Origin: Paraphysomonas bandaiensis
Taxonomy: Eukaryota > Protista > Chrysophyceae
Direction: 5' to 3'
Length of the DNA stretch: 64,000 bases
Assembly (NCBI GenBank): GCA_965644295.1
Contig: CBFFRP010000430.1
Location: forward strand, 231,729-295,728
Part shown: one piece after another, positions 49,171-60,971 of the stretch
How positions within the stretch are numbered: the stretch's first letter is position 1
How the letters are laid out: each line of letters opens with the position of its first letter
Position numbers and translations under genes: made by a program
Notes under the pieces: model-generated
Seen by the model: only the letters and a program-made list of their open reading frames with translations
Told to the model about the DNA's origin: nothing
The model's database searches: none

Positions 49171-49908
49171 TATGTATGTATATGTGTGTATATATATATG
49201 AGTGTGTATGTGTGTGTCTATGTATGTATGTGTATGTGTGTGTGTCTATGTATGTATGTGTATGTATGTGTGTATGGTACTTATATATAAGTGAAGTTGT
49301 TGATGAAAGTGTTTCAGTTTATTCACACTGAAGTTAATGGAAGAATCCACTGGACTTCCTTCTATTAGGAACCTATTCAACACTATCTCATAGAGGATCA
49401 CTTCATAAGTAACCTAACTGCTATACATACACATGTACATACAGCAGTATATATATATTCATATGAGATTTATCATACAACTCCATTACAGTTACTTTTT
49501 CCTCTATTTCTCAAATTCTACTTATTTTAGTACCATATATCGGGATATTCTAAGTTTTCAGACATAAATTTCCTGATTATCTGATTGTAGATTATCTCAT
49601 ATGAGTGTTTACAGTCCACATACAGTAGGAAACCCCTGGATTTAGTGATATAGGGGTGGATTATAAAGGGTTTTTATATACAAATGCTATAAAAATTGAT
49701 TTTGTATAAAAAAGAGGAGATATTTTGGTACCATGAATTACAAATTTCAAATGCCTTAAAAGCCTCCCAGTCAAACCATTCATCTCATATACAACATCTA
49801 TTAACAAGACAAAGAATCTCATTCATTTATCTTACAAAACAGTGCAAACTATCATAAAATCAATTATAAATACATTCTCTAGTAGTCTGTATAACGAAAT
49901 AGGTTGCA

Positions 49909-52095
49909 ATGGATATAAGACGTGAAATATTTAAAGCCTTTAAGTCTCGTGGCTTGTCTGTACGTGCGGATGCAAGTAAAGCTATGGAGAGTATACTTCG
50001 GAGGTAACTGAACAACACTGTGATTATTATACATATCCATATATATAAATATCTGTATGTATATATACATGTATGTGTGTTTATATCTGTATGTATGTAT
50101 GTATGTGTAATATATTTAGCTGTATATATATGTATGAATATATTTGATGTCTTCGTATATTACTATCAGTGAGGAGGATGCACTCGATGCTTTATATAAT
50201 ATACTGGAAGCAGTTGAAAGCAGGATAGAGAAGCGAGAGGGTATGTATACACTCTGTGTTTTTATTAAGTGGACTTATTATCTTATTAGTGACATCTAAT
50301 GTCATTGACGTCCAAACTGTGACTGATATAGTGGCGGAGCTGTCATCTACTGATGATGATTTGTACAAAGAGAGTACTGAGGTGAGTAGGTCGATTTATA
50401 AGCGTGCGCTCTACTGACGAAATAACTGTGTTTGAACTAGCTCTTTGATGCTTATCATTCCCCGAAATTAGTCTTTGACGAAAAAAACAAGACTTATAAA
50501 GTGTACGAGTACCTTTTGCTTTATTTCAGTTAATACTTATTGGAGTGTTTGTCTGCAGTATTCCTGGTTCGTCCGTGAAATGTGATCTCTTCGGAGATAC
50601 AGAGGATAGAGCGAACATGTACAGGGAGAGACTTTCTATTGCACTTCATCGAATGCTTCGGAATGGACTATTCACCGCGCGGGGTTTATCGGGATCGGGG
50701 CCTGTAGACACTACGCCGGAAGGGGGAAGCAAGCACGAGGTAAAACACATTTCAATGAGTGCACACATAGCATGACCTAAGATTCATAAACTGTAGATCT
50801 CCACTGTGGCATCTCTTCTAGGCTCAAACGGAACCAGTGTCTTGCTCGGCATCATCACACAGGTTGCGATCTCGCACAATGAAATAACTCTGGTTGACTG
50901 ATTTGATTATCTATTGTGTGTGTAGCCCGAGGAAGGAGGATGGTATCTGGAAGATTTGTCTGGATCTATTCAACTAGATCTCTCTGAGGCACTGCAAGCT
51001 TCCCCAGTACTTGTCACTGAAGGAAGCATCGTTATCGCGGAAGGTGTCCTTGGACCTGGGGGTCACTTTTTGGTTAAGATATTGGCTTTCCCACCAGCAG
51101 AAAAACGGGAGGTCTCTTTGGCAGCAATTGGTGTGACAGATGTCTTCGGTGGTGGGTGGAGGCCTCAACATATGGCGCAGATGCAAAGCTTGGAAGCGAA
51201 ATCGGTATCCTCTACTTTTGTCGTTCTGTCGGACGTGCACTTGGATAAGCCACACGTGTGCGACAAATTGCAGGAGGTTTTTGATGGGTTTGAGGGTTCT
51301 GGCTCGAGCATAGTGTTCATTCTCATTGGGTCCTTTATTACTAAGCCAGTAGTTGCCCCGGGTGGACGGGAGAGTGCTATATCAGCCTTCAGCGCACTCG
51401 CCGACATGATTTGTAAATGTCCAAACCTTGCCGCTTTCGCCAAGTTCGTTCTAATTCCAGGTTACTAATTCTAAAGTTGTGCATTACTTGCCCTGATGAT
51501 GTGCGTAGGCCCCTTCGACCCCGTGGTGGGCACTGCTTTTCCCAGGCGTCACTTGCCGAAGATATTCACGAAGGAACTAACAAATCGAGTGGCCCATATT
51601 TCTTTTGCCTCGAATCCCTGTAGGGTGCGCTTCTTTACCCAAGAGATTGTCATCTTTCGTGAAGACCTCCTTCGTAAAATGATGCGACACCTAGTTGTTC
51701 CCTTACAGGGGGGGGATGATCAACCTGAAATTTCGCAGCAAATTGTGAGGTCAATAGTGGACCAGGCCCACCTTTGCTCCCTACCTGCTCACTGCCAGCC
51801 GGTGTACTGGCAACTCGACCATAGCATGCGACTGTTCCCCTTGCCGCACCTGGTATCCACCTGCTGTTATAGTTACTAGTGCCTCATATTTGCTGTGTAG
51901 CTTATACTTGCAGATCACGCTGAACAATACGAATATTTCTATGAGGACTGCGCTGCGGTTAATCCAGGTCGGTAATAGCAAGCCTGCCTTCGTTTTTCAT
52001 GGTATAACTATGTAGGATCATTTGCGAGTGACTACTCGTTCGTTGTGTACAGACCTGCCTCTCAGGAAATACAGCTAAGCAAAGTTCCATCGTAG
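49909..52095 (+). CDS. POLE2: DNA polymerase epsilon subunit 2 (Dpb2), multi-exon
   Basis: YLEDL.G.I.LDLS, FVVLSDVHLD, ILIGSF, PGP.DP, SNPCRV.FFTQEIVIFREDL, YWQLDH..RLFPLP, NPGSF. Confidence 0.93.
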
Positions 52096-52465
52096 TTAGG
52101 TCTTTATGTGAATGATTTGTTGTCCGGTGTACAAACGTCGTTCTCCTTGTGCAGCAGAACTGTCATGTTGTTCACGAACAGTTTTCGCGTTTCTAACTAG
52201 GCTGTATGTATAATAGTATATAGTAATAATTATTAAGCTTTAACATTTAACATATAACAAAGAGAAAGCACGCTATGTACCTAAATTATGTTCCTTGTTC
52301 ACTATCTTCTCAATGCATTCTAGAGTTAGAGAATAGTTTCCTGAGCAATATCCAATATCCATAGCAACGTAAGGTATATTTTTAAATCGAATAATTAATA
52401 CGAAAGTATCAAAACATCAGAACTGACAAGAGGGTGGCTAAAAAGTGCGAACAAAATACGAATTA

Positions 52466-53788
52466 TTAGTTAGCTGCGTCTAAGAAATAGACAAGAAGTA
52501 AAGAAGACTTATTCACGTCGTTGCTTGCTTTCTTCCTCTCCTCCACGACCACTTTCTTCGGCGAAAATATCCGGCTGTACTGCAAGTTAAGACAGTATAT
52601 ATACAAAACGAAGAATGACACCTCATCAATAGTGCGTATGTGTTCCTCGTCCACACGTTCACCAATGCTCACAAAGTACGCCCGCGAAAGCTGCTTCAAT
52701 CCAAACTCTACATGGAACCGCGAGCCAAGTGTATAGACCTTTGACGAGGGACCAGAAGATTCAGCAACATTATCCTTGGACTCTACCAGATACCCTTCCT
52801 ACCAAATCCGATTAACAGCCTATCCATTAACACAGGTCTAGAAAGGTGGTACCTTGACCATACGTTGTAAAAGCGACAAAAATCCATGCTCATTGAGGTC
52901 CTCTATACCCGAGGAGTCTTTCTTTCTCCCAGTGGCGGATATACTAGACTCTGCAAATCTCGGGTCAATCCTGGACAAGTTAATAACAAGGTCAAAAACA
53001 TGTAGACGTAGGTGCAACAGCGTACTTCCGAATCATCCGAAGAAGTGATCCAAGATCACAAGATCTAGAGGGAGATGTCGCAACAGCCATCAAAACTGCT
53101 GCACAAAATCCCCGATATCCAGCCTCTCTATCGTTCGCAGACAAGATGCGTAATAGAGCAGGACTCCTAACAAAATCATTGATATCACAGAAGAATTATA
53201 ATACATGCCATATCTCACAAATATATCATACCGTAATTCATTTACAACAAATATATTACTCATATCTCGGCACATGACATTATAACCAAGTGATTGTTGT
53301 AATAAGTTCTGTGCAACTTGTAAAGCACTCTGTGAATGTGATTTATATTCTGATTGCTCATGTCCAATTGCATCTTTCACATGATCCATTGTAACTTTAT
53401 CTTTATTCCCTCCTTTAAAAAGTAATAATCTTCCTGTAATTTTCGCTAACTTGTCTTTTGTTTCTTGTGGAAGTCGTTCCCATTTATTTTGCGTATGTTC
53501 CCTTACTTGTATTGGAGGTGCCTCTTTAAGATATCGCAATGAAGTGATTGAATCATAATGATTATTGTCAATTCTCTTATTTGAATGATCTTCATTATCA
53601 CCATCATCATCAGTATCAGTATCAGATGGTAGGGATTGACGTCGTGTAGATCTACGTTCATGTTTAACTCTTGTAGATGATTCTGTATGATCTGAGGAAG
53701 GAGTTTGACCAGTAGATCTACGTTCATGTTTAACTCTTGTAGATGACTCTGTATGATCTGTTGAGGGTGTTTGACGACGTCGTTTCAT
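52466..53788 (-). CDS. MAGE/Nse3-like winged-helix protein
   Basis: RLLLFK...ALQVAQNLLQQSLGY and Y.LG.R..VEFG pattern of the MAGE domain; N-terminal 21-aa duplication. The 3' end is uncertain (52466 or 52509). Confidence 0.55.
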
Positions 53789-54685
53789 GGGTTTGATGTG
53801 GGGATTGAGTGGTGGTTGATGTGACTTAAATGGTGGGAGTTGTAAGATGGGGTTGTATGAATTATTGTGTAGAGTTGGAGTGTTGTATGTGAATGTGTGT
53901 GTATATAGCATATGAGAGGATGGGTATGTATGTTATGTATGTGTATGTATGTGTATGTACAGGGTACGTCCGCCTACACTCTAGTAGTAGACGTGGACAT
54001 AAGCATTTTGTGTACATGTACACACAGCAGCATGAGGTACGCCAAATAGATACTGACTGCTCCGTATACCGTATACCGGTATAGTATATTTGAATATTTG
54101 AACTAATTTCTATCTACAGACTTTTAATATGAAACCCAGAATATCAGGATATTTTGAAAAACCTTATTTTCTATGAAACAATTTAGAGTTTTTGAAGATC
54201 CTGGAGCTATTGTATACACAGTGGAATACGTCCGTATATTCCTAATAATCCCTACCTACCGTACTGGTATACGTTACATCAGGTGTATATGTATGTGCAG
54301 TTTGCAGCAGTATGTATGTGTGTACTCTGTATGTGTATATGTGTATTGATATTCGTATGTATGTATGTATGTGTGTGTACCTTCTATAGTATGTACCGTA
54401 CCGTATATATAAGAATAACATACACATACATACATACACACACATATATATACATACACACATACATATATATATATAGGGAGAAGCTCTCATGTAATCA
54501 AACCACACACGATGTAATTCTATTCATCTCATTCCTATCATTTAATTCATCTCAATATACTCTCTTCTCTCTCCCCTTCACTCCAACCCATCACTCTATA
54601 CACTCATATACATACATCTCAACGATCTACTTCCATGTAATTCAATTACAGTCATATCTAGATACTAAAATAAACATTAGAAGCA

Positions 54686-55776
54686 ATGAAAACAACGTGG
54701 GATCATATTGTGAAATACTCTCCAAAGCCTGAAGTGGATGAGATCGCACGGATTATAGGCAGAAAGATTATCGATAGGAATGAGGTGTGTATGTATATGT
54801 ATATAGAGTGTGTATATATATACTAAGAGTGATCATACAGGATCTCTGTACAGAACTGAACTGTCTTAAAGAAATCGTAGGAGATTTCTTGACTCATCAG
54901 TTCAACACTGTAAATATTCTAGGCGATTCTTCAACTGGAATTAACACACGAGATGTTGACACGAGACACAATGAACATATAAATGTAGACACTTCCATTG
55001 AGGGTAGCCCACACGGAAAGTATTCCGATTGCTCAGTACATGGAATTGAGTTTGTTGAATCAATAAAGGTTAATACGTTTACACTTTGTCACTACAATGA
55101 CTAAATATTCTCGTTCATAGGAGCATCTTTGCTTGAATAATATCCATATTGTAGCCGATGCTATTCGTCAGGCTTTAGAGGATGAGAAAGATGACCTTGA
55201 GGCCGAAATTCAGGTCGACACAACTATTTGATCGTTATCTGGCGTAACGAGTATGTAAATCAGGTGTTACAGTCAACAATGGACTTAGAAGCGGAGGTGC
55301 AGTCCAGAGGAAACACACCCCGTGCCCCGCAGCCGCCCCAAGGTCCCTTGGAGACTGCATCATCTCCCAAAATGCACCCAATGAAAGCGAGAGGAGTAGA
55401 CTTAAGTACCGCTGCGCGATATTTGCAGGTTTGTTCATCCTGCGGCGAACAGCTCCCTGTGGTGGGGGGTGCGTTCTGTGCTCCTGGAAGAGTGCGGAAA
55501 AACCACCGAATGAAACCCCATCATAAGGAAGACAGTCCAAGTACACCGCTACTTTGCGTCCTTTGTGTGTCGGGATATGGTCATGGCAGTAGTGACAATA
55601 GCGTCTATGGCAATGGTGCGGATCATTCTCTATCAGTGGATAGGAATATGAAAGAGCATGTTGAAGACTCATTAGAATCCCGTCCTGTAAGTAGAACGCG
55701 GAGCAGAGTTCGAAATAGAATCGAATCTGCTAGAGATGAGCGTTTTTTGTTGGATGAAGATATTTTTCTCCATTGA
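54686..55776 (+). CDS. CCDC24-like coiled-coil protein, multi-exon
   Basis: TWDHIV...PEVDEI.RIIG...N|EDL..EL..L.EI and NIHIVADAIRQALEDEK..L..EI..LQ..MD. Confidence 0.55.
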
Positions 55777-56444
55777 CACGTGTATAGAGTAGCTGTCGTC
55801 TTCATGTGGGTTTCTTGGTGCACAGAAGTTCTGTATATGTACCACCAAATGTTCCTTGTGTATTGCATAAGATTAATAAGTCATCAATATCTCTGCTTGT
55901 CGATGTGGACCGTCAGTATATTATATAAACTAGTAAGTGTTACTAAGTAATATTAACTACAATTTTTGAAGAAAGCAGCTGGAATTTCGAAGTGAAATAG
56001 GCTAAGATGTAAGGAGTGCTATAGTATATTACACATTAAACTATGGGGAGCTAACGGATAGTGCCTTTCAGATTAGTAAGCTACTTCTACAGCAGCTTTT
56101 ACTGTTACTCAATTAGTATGCAATATGCAACGTAGGAAATTTTAAATAAGTAAAAAACAACAGAAATACAATACAAAATATAGTACTGTGCGATAGCGAT
56201 TATGGAATCTTAAGGACATGCAATAAATAAAGCGTGCATATGTGCATATCATTCTTTAACGTTTGAAAAGACATACAGCTCTTAGAAGATATCGAGATTT
56301 AATTAATATGAGGATAAACATGTTTGCTGTTATATATATACTTTCATAAGTAGCTGCCAAAGTCACGACTGCTGACATATATTGACAAGGTACTACAACA
56401 ATATACATTTAATATTCCCGTAATCCAACTTCCAGAGTGTCATA

Positions 56445-58456
56445 CTAAACGATCGTAGTGTGTTTGTCATATAGACCGCTTTCTGTGGTGCCTCTGTTCA
56501 ACTCACCTACTATGGGACCATCAGAGTGCACTCTGGTGAGTGGTCCCCTGAGATCAATATTCTCTTCATCATCTTCTTCTTCACCCGCAGCAAGCGGCAG
56601 AGAATGATAAGTACTTGCTGCGTTATGTTTGCCATCAACCGCAGGGGTAGCTATGGCCATATCCGGGGGTACATATGGCTGTCCTCTTCCATCACCTGAC
56701 GACAACTCCGCCTCAGGATAAAATTTTCGCCACTTGGTAATAAGTGCATCGAAGAGCTCCGGATGGTGGGTCTGAAGAGAAGCAGGGTTCTCAGCGAAAC
56801 ACACGTACACAGTAGCCGTAGCAGAAGAAATGACGTTGAGCGTGAGCATGCACATGAAAAAACCAGCCACAAAGCCTGTCGCTACCAGCACGAACGTGTT
56901 CGGAGAGCTACCTCGGAACCCGACTGCAGCAGCATACCCATAGGCGATCAACATACATAGAACGCCTACAACCATATGTCCCAGACTCAGTACATTATCT
57001 AGTAGATTGTCGTTCACTAGAGTAGTAAACCCCTTTTTGCAGAATAGACTTACCACAGCTCTGCGACACGTAGAAATTAGTCAACGTACAAACAAAACAA
57101 GAAGTAACAACAAAAGCACCCACCCGGAAGCTTCCACGAAGCCTAGATCATATATGGAAACGTAGCAGAATGCATAGTGATTAAAATATTGTACAGCGCG
57201 GTCCAGGGCTGCTAACGCTGTCAAAAGGCAGTCGTTACAAAACTTGGTCAGACGGGTCGCCGGGCTTGTTGACCTTGAGGACCCGGAAGAGCTCTCAACA
57301 GCCAGTGCTTTGACCCACACGTGCAGCATTGATCGTGTAGTACGTATGACTGCTACAACCAAGGAACCAAAGCAAACAGGGCCGAGAAGCGCAGTCACTG
57401 TCCGCAGGATGCTGCTTCTCACAAGGCCACTGCTACTTACCGGTGTTCCATGGAACCACCAGACAGCTACTGCTCCAGCAGTGGCACAGTGCACGATGTT
57501 CGATAGAACTGCACTGGTCCAGTAAAGGCTCAAAAGTAAGGCAAAATATTTTCCATAGGAGACAGAAGGTGAGAAGCAGGAAGACGACGTTTTGACCACT
57601 TCACCCTCACATATGCATAGCGAGCACCAATCATGAGAACAGTACAGTGAGACATCACCAAGGTTGAAGTCCTGCAAATAAACGTGTGAAAAATGAAAAT
57701 TTACATTTAGGCGGCTATACCTCTTGATACTTGTACGTCGTACAGGAAGAGAGATCGTATGTATGCCCTGCTTTGCTCAACGTAGTAATAGATTCGTTTG
57801 TGGCAACTCCGTAAGCAGCCATAAACCAGAGCACGCACCACAGTATCTAACAAATTTGTTAAGATATAAAAAAACTGGGATTGACATACCTGAACACCTA
57901 AAACAACAATGGCGTAAAGAATTATTGAGGGCATAGACAGGACTGCTTTGCACCCAACTTTCAAGTTGGCGGCAACAAAATCAATTCGAGAACGAACATA
58001 GAGAAAAAATACAAACGAGAATAGGGCAAAGAGAAGTAGTGCTAGCCCACCAAGAATGCTTCCCATGGCAAACAAACCCACTCCCCCAAAAACGTTAACC
58101 AGGATAACCGAACTTAACGAAAGGATAACAATCTTTGACGCCATGGTAGCGGTAATATGAACCCATGCTATGGAGAAGAGACCACCCATTACGACAACAA
58201 GGAATATGCCTCCCATTATTTTTCCAGAATCACTGTCATGATCAGTCGATTTCTTATTGCCATCTTCGTCAATCTTCACCACATCAGGGTTATCTGACAC
58301 CAGTGCTGTAATGCCAAAGGAGAAAGCAAGCCCGATTATAGTAATTAACTGACAGAGAAACAAAATACTGAATGCAATATCTTTATATTGTAAAACACTA
58401 GCAAATGTAAACGATCGACTCGTAAAGTCCTGTATATCTGATGTTATCTTCTTCAT
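56445..58456 (-). CDS. Choline transporter-like / PNS1 protein
   Basis: LSLYWTSAVLSNIVH..AGAVA.WWF, GPVCFGSLVVA, YFNHYAF.YV.IY..FVEAS, VYVCFAENP. Confidence 0.9.
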
Positions 58457-60090
58457 ATTGATCCTGTTTTCCTAATTGATCCACTGCAATGTTATATTTA
58501 TATTCTAATCAATAGATATCTGAAGTATAGAGAATATTTCCTAATCTCAGGAATAAGAACAGACGTTTCTTAAATAAAAGAATCAATACACTTCATATAT
58601 ATACATACATCTTCATGTTAACTTCATATATATATATATATATTCCTTATGATAGACTGTGTATGTGTGTATAGGAGGAAGTAAACTTCCGGAGCGAGAA
58701 GCAGTGCGGTGATTTGACTGAGAAATACAATACATCTCTTCCTATAGACACTTTTCTAGATAGAAATACATGTATTTATAGGGACTACATACTTATATAC
58801 CCCTGTTTCTAACAGTGGAGATGGATAAAATCTCTGCAATTTATAGATAAAATCCCTAGATCCATCGGAATATGTCGATCCAGATAAAAAATCGACCTTT
58901 TTTCGTTATTTCTCTGAAATATATTCGTCAAAAAACAACATGCATCAAAAAAACCTGGATTTTTTTGCTGGATCGACTTATTCCCACAGACAGAACTGCC
59001 ATTCAAGCATATGCATCTTGTCCACCACATCGTTAACATGCATCACAATAGAGTGAATCCACATCATGACCCTTAGAACACTTATATACACCACTCCCTA
59101 CACCTGAATATGCATTACCACCATAGTATCGATGCTCTGATGTATCTGATGCCCTCATTGTCCCTCATATGGTGTGTGTGGCACAATGGGCTTGCTAACA
59201 TAACTATGCATTGCCTATGCAATTGATGTGTAGAGTATGCTACCATGTTTGAGTGATTCTATGGAATACCATATAAACACCTTCTAGTCAACCAGGCTAA
59301 GGAACAATATACTGCAATACTATTGTTAGGTAGCGTATCGTGCATGATATTAATTGAGTTTTTAAACCGATCCAACAATACACACAAGAAGGAAGCAGGG
59401 ACGACTGGACGCTTGAGCCGCTTAAGCTTTCTTTTTGAGCCAGAAGGGTGTTTTATTACTCTTTCCTTATCACTCTAATATTGTACAATACTTAATAATA
59501 ATATTTAAACTCTAAACGGTATTGCAATATGGTAGTATCGCTATACACACAGAGAGGAGGAACCGGAGCGCTTGTTCCGCCTAGGCTTCCCTCTTGCACC
59601 GGAAGGACGCTTCATATCGTAATAAAACAAAACACATAGACAGGCGGAAGGACAGTCGGGCACTTGTGCCGCTTATGCATCCTTCTTGCGCCTGGAAGGC
59701 ACTCCATATCGCAATAAAACAAAGATTCCCTTTAAGTTTCCTAGTCACACTAAATTGGTGTAAAAACCTAGTCAAGTAATTGAAAGCCTCTAGTCATATA
59801 AGAGATCAGTTTACAATGACTACGTTAACTAGGTGTTTTAGGGTATTCACCTTGTCAAAAATAATAATTTCCACTTAAACATGGGAGCATACTATAATCA
59901 TCAATAAATGAAAATGCAACCATTGTACACATGCAATACATCACATTTCATCTTTGCAATCAAACGAGAAATGGGCATCGAACTCAACATTCTTAATGCG
60001 GGAAGGGATGTCATCAGGGGCATCCGAGAACCGACACCTGCTGTGTGATTTCATTGTTCTTTCATGTGTAGTTATATGCGAGTACAATTT

Positions 60091-60208
60091 GTGACTAGAT
60101 TTATAACTAAAATTGACTAGTAAAGTTGAATCATTTGTTACTTATTTAAACCAGAAATAGTGTGACTAGGTAATTCAAGCAATTTGACTAAGTTGAAAAA
60201 TATTTCCC
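60091..60208. repeat. GACTAGG-repeat transposon-end-like segment
   Basis: Similar to 29275-29395; an inverted relative lies at 59738-59792. Confidence 0.55.
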
Positions 60209-60285
60209 TTCTATATAATAATATTAATAATACTATACGTTCAATAATAATAACTATCTCATATATTTTATAAATAACTTTTAAA

Positions 60286-60950
60286 CAGGGCTAGAAAACA
60301 ATATATCGCAATACTATTGTTAGATAGCGTTCCATATTACTATTGACGGAGATTTTAAACAGGAGGTCACTTGATAATCAGACCCACTACTCTTAGCTGA
60401 TTAAAAGTTTCCTCATACTCATTCTCTGAGCCATCATCACCACCATATTCATCCCATATTAATTGAAATATGCTTGCATCCGGCCACAACTGTCGGTTAG
60501 CTTTCAGAAACAAAAGTATATTAAGTGTAGTAGGATGCATACGTTTGCGCAACACTTATATAATCAGTTTTGCTGCGCTGAACAGGCGTTCACATGTATT
60601 GCAAGTACATAGTACATGACTCGTGCACCTGTACTTAGATATTTCAACTTTCCGTTTCTTAAATTTTTGAGCTGATTGAAGAATTTTCTCCGCATATCCA
60701 ACTTCAGCTTCATCATCCTCTATATTGCTGCAATAATCACTGTCTGAAGGGAGATTTATATACATAGACTTATATTTTTTACCCTACAGTGAATATCTTT
60801 CTGTATATGACTATCATAATATTGATTGCAATATATTGTGAGCTACTTTAACAGAAACAATATTGATGGAATATTTGACCAATCCACCAATCAATATATA
60901 AATATTATTTTACAATATATTGCACTACATTATATTGTTCCCTATCCCTG
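60286..60950 (-). mobile_element. Internally deleted hAT transposon
   Basis: Imperfect TIRs CAGGG.TAG..AACAATATA; remnant hAT dimerisation domain CERLFSAAK...RKRMHP..LN.LLFLKAN..LW (60367-60765) with a stop; no intact TSD. Confidence 0.8.
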
Positions 60951-60971
60951 CCTAATAGTACATAAACTTCC

